DNA from: Candidatus Latescibacterota bacterium
GTDB lineage: Bacteria > Latescibacterota > UBA2968 > GCA-2709665
Length of the DNA: 64,000 bases
Assembly (NCBI GenBank): GCA_965219455.1
Contig: OZ244744.1
Coordinates: forward strand, 4,800,001-4,864,000
Direction of reading: 5' to 3'
Part shown: piece after piece, positions 19,801-28,101 of the stretch
Layout of the letters: each line of letters opens with the position of its first letter
How positions within the stretch are numbered: position 1 is the first letter of the stretch
Translations under genes and position numbers: made by a program
Notes under the pieces: model-generated
What the model saw: only the letters and a program-made list of their open reading frames with translations
Told to the model about the DNA's origin: nothing
Databases searched by the model: none

Positions 19801-20960
19801 AGAATCAGAGTCGACGACGGAAGACCGCCAATACGGGCAAAGGCAATGTCTAACAGATGGCGAGTTTCGTTCGCTTTAGTTTTCCGGAATTCCATTACAT
19901 AGAAAGCGCCCACGTGCGTGTCCGCAGCCGCTCTTGAAATGGTCGATTTGCCAAGCCCGCTGCTACCAACGAGCACCGCCACACCAAAATTGTTGAGCGT
20001 TTGGGTCACCGTAGAATCGACGGCAAGGCGAGGGATCGTTCCGCCCGTGACAGGTAGCGTGGTACCATCAATAAGCCATTCTGTATCTGAAATGGAAATT
20101 GGTTTGCCGAGGGCCGACTCTCCCGTAAGCAATCCAGCCATGCGCGTGGCAGATTTCACAAGAACGTCAAGAGACCTACGCGATACTGAAATTTGGGTGG
20201 CAGCATCGATCGCGGAGTAAAGGTCAGCGCGCGTAAGAACGCGATCCTGGGGGTTCTTGGAGATACTTTTTTTAAGTACCTGAAAGGCCATAGGGTCGGC
20301 AAGCCGTCGCGCTTCTGGTGAAGGAAGATCGAATCTATCGCGAGCCACCACGACCAGCCGGGATTCCAACTCTTGGCGAAGAGTCGAGAAGTTCGGCTTA
20401 CCACAGTCCCATCGTATTCTCTTGATCAGATCGTGACGGAGATCCGTGTTATTGCGAGCCCTGGAATAGTCCCTTACGGATGCCGGAAATTTGTCGCTTT
20501 CCAGGATAGTGCGGAGGGGTTCGGGGTCTGCCCCACCGGCGACCTTTCGCCAATACTCCAATCCTGCCATTCCAGCCGGGCGATCAGCAATTGCCTGCTC
20601 TCTGCCGATCTCCGATGTCGCAAAGAAACGGAACTCAACCTGAAAATCGGGATTTCGCACGACAAGATCTACAAAACTGGCAACCGCGTTGCGGATTACT
20701 TCGCTATTCAGGGTGACCGTTCTCGATACTTCCGTGTCTTTCACCTGAACAGCTTCAAGCGCCCGTTTTGCTACGGTCGCGTAGTCTTCAGCGACTTCCA
20801 GAAATAGTCGACTATCTTCGTCGATATCGAGCCACGCAAGCGTCGCCGCCAAGACCTGATACGCATAACCTCGAAGAGAATCAAGTGCTTGGCGCGCGGT
20901 ATCGCCCTCCGGGACAATCCCGGCGGTAGTCCCCGCATTGAAAAGATCGTGGTCTTTCAA
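16860..20960 (-). CDS. Nuclease-STAND NTPase-TPR-like protein (Avs/NLR-like antiphage protein)
   Basis: N-terminal LRGYAYQ…LEVAED…QVK (Cap4/DUF4297-like nuclease), Walker A GSSGLGKS, Walker B LILDD, the STAND GHPQL motif and a long helical repeat region. 1366 aa. Confidence 0.75.
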   Translation of the reverse strand: MKDHDLFNAGTTAGIVPEGDTARQALDSLRGYAYQVLAATLAWLDIDEDSRLFLEVAEDYATVAKRALEAVQVKDTEVSRTVTLNSEVIRNAVASFVDLVVRNPDFQVEFRFFATSEIGREQAIADRPAGMAGLEYWRKVAGGADPEPLRTILESDKFPASVRDYSRARNNTDLRHDLIKRIRWDCGKPNFSTLRQELESRLVVVARDRFDLPSPEARRLADPMAFQVLKKSISKNPQDRVLTRADLYSAIDAATQISVSRRSLDVLVKSATRMAGLLTGESALGKPISISDTEWLIDGTTLPVTGGTIPRLAVDSTVTQTLNNFGVAVLVGSSGLGKSTISRAAADTHVGAFYVMEFRKTKANETRHLLDIAFARIGGLPSSTLILDDLDHVDDTQVTLSLARVIEASRRHNLGVIITCHRRPSSATLGRIGLNQGCVVECPYFSEKEVCSLVIKNGGNPNRWGKLAYIAGASGHPQLTHAFVIGMAARGWPAGEFRDIVNRGMSSEDIDETRDEVRRGLVSRLPEGTRNLLYRLSLTIGRFNRSMALALGEIRPTLAQTGECMDQLIGPWIEAVGQDMFRVSPLATTIGRHMLPTNIQQRIHETLATQMLRKRTIDASNADTILAHAMLGKSTHSLFAVAQGVLSSDPRTLDMLAEQLLLLRFSRADVLIYADDPLVSGSLRLAQFKLAASAGEGNEVSDIAAALFKEIGDLPQGKRKRALEAMAVITVLGTIGVANYLDNWVTLLLRCKTMEKTNAFLRNTIASSMSDATGSDFFGVLFRTGSAGLTSIERLEHIINELDKLNASERALLLTQMDGTLYDYSVFINGPWATQQSRKDFDATDATMRYQRMAETTRNWGIRSLSLQCSVAQAVILDEYQNDRDCAVALLKEAAAALGDDQILRCALANIHWRHGEDRNAFEIYRCIVDQVDGTDPAERAFLLRKAAISAAECDEWSPAEIWFLYAQSAAKLAEDDIMYVIAIGLGADSAVAALKAGNVGQALKRLAAALKALAHVDPEVTLHAKYCHLVIRQTVLWAQSRIEGSEVKIARPEIGMEAGCCSNPGPSPAIREHPLAHIDIAWYMLARAEIAAGIEAGITDKLGQLLVKDSIPLMEVELRTKIVQADIDRLDALRFSDHFISYVESAVYLSKNTGRLREPFDLLAPERGQIPALDKNGLFDTIAGQAARDAIIGYGIHSATENQPEAMRKLESCLEDRFRGPFPGKPVFDYWNDKPSLVEELDQTVVTIVKALVGSEHIIPYDFWMAGLRFFEWTNQSRFKGLLMTRVAAWQRSGWKRIIAVESFRLTRPRQTVPPIKEVLAIPDDDRRFVAKLLLATSEAADSPLGSTYRRSLKAMARDEESHAK

Positions 20961-21149
20961 TCTAATGGCGCTTTCTGATATCGCATCACCAAACTAGCTT
21001 GGATATCCCACAAATGTTAAAGTTTAGGTCTCAAGCTTCCGCATAATTTATGACCAATCGAGAACCGCCAAATCCAGTTAGAAGGTGACCCGCCGATACT
21101 GTTTATACAGGCGAGAATCTGGATACTCACGTCCTTGTACTCGTTCCCA

Positions 21150-21291
21150 TCAGTGCCTGTTGGGCCTAAAAAAGCACAGTACTTCCAGAATAGGCCTGTG
21201 GTACGGGATTCTTTGCCATTGCCAGATTGCTTCTGGCACGGTTCAACCATTCCTGCGGGTCATCGGGCGGGAAGCGCTCAGGAGGACTCAT
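21150..21291 (-). pseudogene. HEPN toxin remnant (copy C), frameshifted
   Basis: MSPPERFPPDDPQEWLNRARSNLAMAK followed by indels and decay. Confidence 0.75.
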
Positions 21292-21604
21292 ATATCACCC
21301 TCCCCTCACGCAGCGCAGGCTTGAATACCAGCATGTGACTGTCCTTGAAACGCTCCACATCCGCTGGGTTGGCCAAGATCGCATCAACCGAGGCACCAAC
21401 CCCGTGCAGCTTGCGGTAGATCCGGGCCATCAGATCGAGCGTGTCCGCACCCTCCTTGATGATGAGCAGGTCGATGTCGCTGTGGCGGGTCATGTCGCCT
21501 CGGGCGGCGGATCCGAAGAGGATAATCTTCTCCCGCTGGGCTACCTCTACAATGCGCCGGATGATGTCGTCCAACGTTTGTTGGTCAAGTCCGAGTTTCT
21601 TCAA
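21278..21604 (-). CDS. MNT antitoxin, copy C
   Basis: IILFGSAARGDMTRHSDIDLLII motif, intact 108 aa, diverged from copy A in the C-terminal half. Confidence 0.88.
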   Translation of the reverse strand: MKKLGLDQQTLDDIIRRIVEVAQREKIILFGSAARGDMTRHSDIDLLIIKEGADTLDLMARIYRKLHGVGASVDAILANPADVERFKDSHMLVFKPALREGRVIYESS

Positions 21605-21749
21605 GGCATGCCCATTTCTTCAGAAACCAACATTGTCTAACTTCACCGTTTGCTCCCGCCTGCTTTTCCAATCGTCTACAGCACGCAATTCAAGGGACGA
21701 TCAATTCTCGTTCCGAATACCAATCGCTTCCTCGACCGCGTTCGCTAGA

Positions 21750-23631
21750 CCTTAAACAAGCGTGACCAGTGAAATTTTTCTGGTCCAAGAGACCGGAAAG
21801 GCCTACCGTTGTTGGAGATAGATGGATTGTGCTAGAAATCATCACTCCAACGCAGGAGACCTTTCCGGTGAAAAGAATATCGGTTGATGACAGCCGCAGG
21901 AATCGTGCTCGTCGCAAACGCAAAGTGGCCGCCCGCCACGGTCGAGCGGGGCATTGGCAGGCCCAGCGCCGGCCCATGTTCAGTCCTGGCAAAGTGCACT
22001 ACGAGGTAGGCGCCTACACCGACGCGATGAGTTACGGAGGCATCGGCGCCGTGCATCGCCTGGTCACCAAGCTGGGTCTGCCCAAGCGCATCGACGCGTC
22101 ACTGTCCTTGTTGAAGGTGCATCTGCCCTATCATGAGTCGGACCACGTACTAAACATCACATACAACGTGTTATGCGGCGGCACGCGCTTGGAGGATATC
22201 GAGCGTTTGCGAAGTGACGGGGCCTACATGAATGCCCTGGGCGCCAAGTTGATTCCCGATCCGACCACGGCGGGTGACTTTTGCCGACGCTTCTCGGAAC
22301 GGGACATCGTCGAACTGATGGCGTGCATCAACGCGGTGCGATCCTCCTTGTGGGCATCGCGTGGCCGCAAATTGCTTGGTGACATCACCTATATCGATGT
22401 GGACGGCACAAACGTGCCCACGTATGGCAAGCGCAAGAGGGGTATGGACATCTCTTACCAGGGCATCTGGGGCTACCATCCGCTGGTGATCTCACTTTCC
22501 AACACGAAGGAAGTGCTCTTCCTGGTCAACCGACCGGGGAATGTGCCCAGCCACACCGGTGCGGCACAGTGGATCGACGCGGCCATCGACCTGGTGCAGC
22601 CCCACGCCAAGCGCATCTGTGTGCGTGGCGACACCGACTTTTTCTTGACTCGACATCTTGATCGCTGGGCCAAAAGCGTCGACTTCATCTTCGGGATGGA
22701 CGCCAACGCGGCGATGCGTTCCCGTGCCGAGGCCCTCGACGAGGCACAATGGCAGCCCCTGCAACGCAAACCCCGTTATCACACCGTGACCGACCAGAAG
22801 CGGAAGCGCAATCAGCCCCACGAGAAACAGCGCATCGTCCACAAGCGGGCCTACGCCAACCTGGTGCTGAACCACGAACACGTGGCCGAGTTCAACTACC
22901 AACCCACGCGCTGTAAACGTGGGTATCGCGTCGTGGTCCTGCGCAAGAACATCAGCAAAATGAAGGGCGACCTTGTCCTGTTCGACGAATGCCGTTATTT
23001 CTTCTATATCACGACACGCACGGACGTGACCCCCCAAGAGATCGTCGCCTGCGCCAACCAACGCTGCGATCAGGAGAACGTCATCGAGCAACTCAAAAAC
23101 GGCGTCAACGCCTTGCGCGTGCCCCTGTATGACCTGGTCAGCAACTGGGCCTATATGGTCATCGCCGCCCTGGCCTGGAACCTCAAATCCTGGTTTGCCA
23201 TGATGATGCACAGACACCGTGATCGACAGCAGTACGTCTGCATGGAATTCCGGCGCTTCATCCACAGCATTATCTTGATTCCCTGCCACGTCATCCAACG
23301 CGCGCGCACCACCACGTTACGGCTCATCGGCTATCAACCCACCCTCGATCGCCTCTTCAGCACCTGGCGTATCATTGAACGCACCGGATTTGGATAACAC
23401 CAATGCAGCACCACCGATGACACACAAACGCGGCGCCATCCCCACACCCCTCAACGGACCGGTGTGTCCACCACGCGTCTCAACGCCACTTCGGATACTC
23501 AATTTACCATAGCGACCACGACAAACACGGCCCTAAAAACCATCCAAAACGCCAATTCCATATAAATCGACACCAACGCCTCAACACAAACACAAATCAC
23601 TGTGGCGCACACGATACTCGCTTATTTTAGG
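21750..23631 (+). mobile_element. IS1380-family insertion sequence (1882 bp)
   Basis: Ends CCTTAAACAAGCG and CGCTTATTTTAGG, flanked by the direct repeat GCTAGA (21744-21749 and 23632-23637). Confidence 0.92.
21868..23397 (+). CDS. IS1380-family DDE transposase
   Basis: IPDPTT, IDVDGT, GYHPL, VRGDTDF and RCDQENVIEQLK motifs. CAGGAG SD before GTG at 21868. Confidence 0.92.
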   Translation: MKRISVDDSRRNRARRKRKVAARHGRAGHWQAQRRPMFSPGKVHYEVGAYTDAMSYGGIGAVHRLVTKLGLPKRIDASLSLLKVHLPYHESDHVLNITYNVLCGGTRLEDIERLRSDGAYMNALGAKLIPDPTTAGDFCRRFSERDIVELMACINAVRSSLWASRGRKLLGDITYIDVDGTNVPTYGKRKRGMDISYQGIWGYHPLVISLSNTKEVLFLVNRPGNVPSHTGAAQWIDAAIDLVQPHAKRICVRGDTDFFLTRHLDRWAKSVDFIFGMDANAAMRSRAEALDEAQWQPLQRKPRYHTVTDQKRKRNQPHEKQRIVHKRAYANLVLNHEHVAEFNYQPTRCKRGYRVVVLRKNISKMKGDLVLFDECRYFFYITTRTDVTPQEIVACANQRCDQENVIEQLKNGVNALRVPLYDLVSNWAYMVIAALAWNLKSWFAMMMHRHRDRQQYVCMEFRRFIHSIILIPCHVIQRARTTTLRLIGYQPTLDRLFSTWRIIERTGFG

Positions 23632-24106
23632 GCTAGATGACGAGAAATCCAGCTATATCGTTTTTTGCTATTTATGCCAACTGGATCGTAACACTTCACA
23701 ATTGATGAAAGCTTCTTACCCGTGTTTCCATACTCAATGAAATCAAACGGATTCCGCCCCTTCTTAGATTTATATCCGTCTGAGTTCGTCAACCCGTGAA
23801 TGTAAATACCTACGACGCCCATGCCATCGTCCCAGGCCTTGACAATCTCGTAATTTATCCACTTGCGATTCGCTGTATTTCTTCCGACCAAAACGACCGT
23901 GCAAGTGCGGTACTCCATCTGATCCGCAATCCATCTTTTTATTGCTGTGGCACCGCCTTTCTTCACCGTTTCCCAATCGTTGTCGGTAGCGGGCTTATTC
24001 CCTTCGATACTGCCAATGTTGCGGACCTGGGCGGCCCGCCAACTGTCAGGTTTGTAATGAAAGCTGTAGAAAACTCTACGTGCCATTTCCTTAGACTCCT
24101 TTGCGA

Positions 24107-24493
24107 TTAGCCAATTACTGTCACGGCACCAACCACGAGGGCAAGCCCGAAGTAGAAGGGGACAAGTGTTGTCGAGATTGTCGCACGGAGCCAAGTTCTC
24201 TCGAAGGTGGCCGTTTCCATCGAGAAGTCGATATCCGATTCGTCCATAAGTCGGACTTGGTCGTAAAGGTCTCGAAACAGACGTTCCTGCCAAAGGAAGT
24301 AGCCGTCTAGACCCCAGAAAATCAGCACTGGGAGGAAGCCGATGTATGCAAACTCAACGCAATCTTCCTTCGCCAACAAGACGAGAAGCGCAGATATCAA
24401 GACCACGGCCCATCCCTTCATACGGAACGAGTCGGTGGCAAGACGGTTGATTACGCCTTGGATGAATTCAAGATGTCTAAGTTTAGCTTCCAT
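24107..24493 (-). CDS. Small multi-TM membrane protein, candidate TIR-linked effector
   Basis: HLEFIQGVINRLATDSFRMKGW followed by hydrophobic helices and FWGLDGYFLWQERLFRDLY. Ends 20 bp before the TIR gene. GGAGG SD. Confidence 0.8.
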   Translation of the reverse strand: MEAKLRHLEFIQGVINRLATDSFRMKGWAVVLISALLVLLAKEDCVEFAYIGFLPVLIFWGLDGYFLWQERLFRDLYDQVRLMDESDIDFSMETATFERTWLRATISTTLVPFYFGLALVVGAVTVIG

Positions 24494-26215
24494 TGGCATA
24501 GCCTCCATCAATAAGTTCATTCCATAATTCTTCACTCTTCCGCGGATTGGACCCAGAGCTTGCACCATTGAGCGATTGGCAAACCGACCATCTCCCCGGC
24601 TTACCGCTTTGTGGGATTCCCGGTTCGCATGTGCTTAATCGAACGCAACCTCCCATCAGGCGAACCAGGAAAGCGGGAAGCGCAACGTAATGCTGCCCAA
24701 GGACAATTCTGCAGATGGTGTCTGGCAAATTCCTGACGCGACTGACCGCTCCGTTAGGGTTGGTGAAATTTCAGACGGTGTCTGAAGATTAGTGCAATGG
24801 TACCAGGCCTCAAGCTCGACGGATTTGACTATCGATTACTTGATGGCTCGTTTTTCCCGCCGTAGCTCACCCTGCCTTCGCGTACTTCCATCGGCTGTTT
24901 CAGGGCATTCACGCTCAAATAGTAGTGGGCTATTTTCCTAACTTCGTGCCATGGAAACCGCGCGGGATCTTTGAATGGTCTCTGGAGTTCGGGCATACTC
25001 GCGCAGTTGGTTACGACGTAGAGCCAGAAGCAGTCGGGTCGGTCCTCGGCGACGCGGCGTTCGTTCGGCGTGAGGAGGATGCTACCCGAGTCGCCAGCGA
25101 GTCCCTTTACTTCGATCAAACGCAATTCGCCTGACTGCAGATCGAGGCTGGTTACGTCGTAACCCAGGTTTTTTTTGTGAACGTCATAGACCCTTCGCCC
25201 CTGGGCGGATTCGTGTTCCATGACCACTCGCATGGCGGTCATCTCAGTTTCGGGGTGTGGGCGCAGCCGCCGGACGTCCAGAGTCTCGTTTTCGGGGTGA
25301 GGGAGGACGAGCGCGCTGGCCAATCGTTCCACCCCTTGCAGCGTCACCGCCCGTTGTTGCTTTAGTTCCTCTCGTCTGCGTTCGCGCCGCGCAAGGACCT
25401 CACTATGCCGATTTTCGGCCTGCGCCAGGCGGCCTTCAGCGCCGATCACGTCGTTTTCCACCTCTTCGGCGGCGCGGCCGATCTCTTCATCGATCCGCTG
25501 CAGCACTTCCGTCAAAGAAAGTTCCACGTGCTCGGCAATGCGACCCACCTCGGCCAGACGCTCCGTACGCACTTCGTCAATAAACGGAAGCAGTGCGTGT
25601 TCGTTCAGCCAGGCGGTATCTTCCGGAAGCGTGGCAACGGCAGGTAATTCATCCGGCGACTGCGTGGGCGTCAGGTTTCCGAGTACATCCGGTCCACTGA
25701 GACTCTGAGAGCCGTCACTGGTTAACTCGACTGTGAACAGCCGTTCGTGAATAGTCCTACCGAGACCATCCACTACCCGCGCACGGTAGAAGTCGAAACG
25801 CGCCGGGGAGTCATGCGTGAGCGAATGGAAGCAGGCGCCGTCGGCGAAAGCGGCCTGACCCAATTCGAGACTGTGCCGGCGCAGGGCCTCGAACAGCGAA
25901 TGCCCGGGGGTCACCCACTCCAGGTTGTGTTTCTCGGCCGAATCGCGGTCGGTCGATAGCCGCGGATAGCGGCCCGCCAGTTCCGGGAGTTTCCAATCCG
26001 CGTCACGTTCGTACTTTTTCAACACGATCGGCGTCCGCCCCGGTTCATAAGTATGCGCCAGGCGGTTTACCGGTTTCAGGGTCAGACTCGCATCGCGGGC
26101 GCACTCCGTGATGAAGCGTGCAATGGTCTCGGGCACGACCCGCTGCTCTTGCGCGCGCGCCCGGCGCTCGATCAGCATGTCCAGGTTTAGCTTCCTGGAG
26201 GCCAGGCCTTCTAGA

Positions 26216-28101
26216 CCTAAAATAAGCGAGTATTGGTGTTTGGTGAACAGAATTGCAGATTTGTGCGACGTTGTGGTTGAATGACGTATGTGTGTTGTCT
26301 ATTGAGGTGCGCGGGAGGTCGTTTTGAGGTTTGTGGAGTGTAAGTTGGTGTGGTAAAGCGCAGCGTTAGGGGTGTGTTGTTGGTGTCTGGTTGTGGTGTA
26401 GGCGTATTTGTCCGTTACGTCGCCGTGGGCGTCGTGGATCCCGTGGTATGTGATGACGGTTCGTGCGGGTGTCATGTGAAGCCGGTGCGTTCGATGGTAG
26501 CCCAGGCGCTCAAGAGTCTATTCAGTGACGGCTGATAGCCGATGATGCGCACGGTGGTGCTTCGGGCGTGTCGCACGACACGACAGGGAAAAAGGATGAT
26601 GTGTGAGAGGAAGGTCCGGAAGTCCATACGGATATAGTGTCGGCGGTGTTTTTTTCGATGCATCATCAAGGCAAACCACGCCTTGATGTTCCAGGCCAGC
26701 GCGGCGATGACCATGTAGGCCCAGTTGCTGATCAAGTCATACAAGGGCACGCGCAGGGCATTGACGCCGTTCTTGAGCTGTTCGATGACGTTTTCCTGGT
26801 CGCATCGTTTGTTGGCAGCAAAGACGACCTCGGCGGGCGTCAGGTCGTCGCGCGTGGTGATGTAGAAGAAATAGCGGATTTCGTCGAAGAGGGTCTGCTC
26901 ACCTTTGGCCTTACTGATGTTTTTTCGCAGCGCCACAACGCGGTAGGGGCGTTTGCACTTGCCGGGCTGGTAGTCAAACTCGGCCACGTCTTCGAAGTTC
27001 AGCGCCAGCTTGAGGTAGCCCCGCGCCTTGACGATACGCTGCTTCTCATTGTCGCGCCGCTGCCTTTTCTGGGGCGCGTGAGGTCGGTGCAGGCGCTGCC
27101 AGTTGGCTTCGTCAAGGGCCTTGGCCCGTGTTCGTAAGGCGTCATTGCAGTCCATCCCGAAGATGAAATCGACGTCCTTTGCCCAGCGATCGAGGTGAGC
27201 CGTAAGCGAAAAGTCCGTGTCGCCGCGTAGGCACACGCGCTTGGCGTGGGGCTTCACCACCCGGATGGACGCATCGATCCAGGGGGCGGCCCCCTGGTGA
27301 GAAGACGCGTTGCCCGGACGGTTGACGATATACAGCACCTCTTTGGTATTGGCCAACGATACGATCAGGGGCGCATACCCCCACACGCCCTTGTAGGAGA
27401 TGTCCATGCCGCCCTTCTTCTCCCCATACGTTGGGGCGCTTGTGCCATCCACGTCGATGTACGCTACCGAAGAAAGCAAACTGGCGGCCCGCGTGCGCCA
27501 CAACTTAGACCGTACCGCGTTAATGCAGTCCATCAGCCCGATCACGTCAGCTTCCGTGAAGCGACGCGTAAAGTCGCCCGCAGTCGTCGGGTCCGGGATC
27601 AGCTTCGCGTTCAACGCATTCATGTAGGCCTCGTCGTGCCGCAAACGCTCGATGTCTTCCAGACGCGTGCCACCGCACATCACGTTGTAGGCAAGGTTCA
27701 ACACGTGATCCGACTCATGATACGGCAGATGAACCTTCAACAACTTCAACTTCTCGTCTATCTCTTCGACCAATCCCAATTTGGTCACCAGACGATGCAC
27801 GGCCGCAATGCCACCGCAGCTCATCGCTGCTGCTTGCGCGCTGACCTCGTAATGCACATAGGTGCTGCCAAACATCGGCTTGCCTTGTGCACAAAAACGA
27901 CCGCCAAGCTTTTGCCGAGTACGTACCTTGCGCCCACAATTAACACTGTTCCTGCGGCTTTCTTTTACCGATATTCTCTTCACCGGAAAGACCCCCTTCG
28001 TTGGTGTATCAACAGACTGTCTGATACTTCTAACTCCAACTAAGATAAGTCTTTCCGGTACTTTTGTACATAAAAATCTCAAAAAACCCGCTTAATTAGA
28101 G
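26216..28101 (-). mobile_element. IS1380-family insertion sequence (1886 bp)
   Basis: Ends CCTAAAATAAGCG and CGCTTAATTAGAG, flanked by the direct repeat TCTAGA (26210-26215 and 28102-28107). Confidence 0.92.
26472..27983 (-). CDS. IS1380-family DDE transposase
   Basis: Clear but non-identical homologue of 21868-23397 with the same motifs. Confidence 0.92.
   Translation of the reverse strand: MKRISVKESRRNSVNCGRKVRTRQKLGGRFCAQGKPMFGSTYVHYEVSAQAAAMSCGGIAAVHRLVTKLGLVEEIDEKLKLLKVHLPYHESDHVLNLAYNVMCGGTRLEDIERLRHDEAYMNALNAKLIPDPTTAGDFTRRFTEADVIGLMDCINAVRSKLWRTRAASLLSSVAYIDVDGTSAPTYGEKKGGMDISYKGVWGYAPLIVSLANTKEVLYIVNRPGNASSHQGAAPWIDASIRVVKPHAKRVCLRGDTDFSLTAHLDRWAKDVDFIFGMDCNDALRTRAKALDEANWQRLHRPHAPQKRQRRDNEKQRIVKARGYLKLALNFEDVAEFDYQPGKCKRPYRVVALRKNISKAKGEQTLFDEIRYFFYITTRDDLTPAEVVFAANKRCDQENVIEQLKNGVNALRVPLYDLISNWAYMVIAALAWNIKAWFALMMHRKKHRRHYIRMDFRTFLSHIILFPCRVVRHARSTTVRIIGYQPSLNRLLSAWATIERTGFT

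Larger units (their letters stand above)
21701..24086 (-). pseudogene. ThsB-like TIR (DUF1863) protein interrupted near its 3' end by an IS1380-family element
   Basis: RRVFYSFHY..D.WR, CTVVLVG.NT..RKWINYEI (catalytic Glu). Removing the IS and one GCTAGA restores …SRHLANAVEEAIGIRNEN* (165 aa). Confidence 0.85.
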
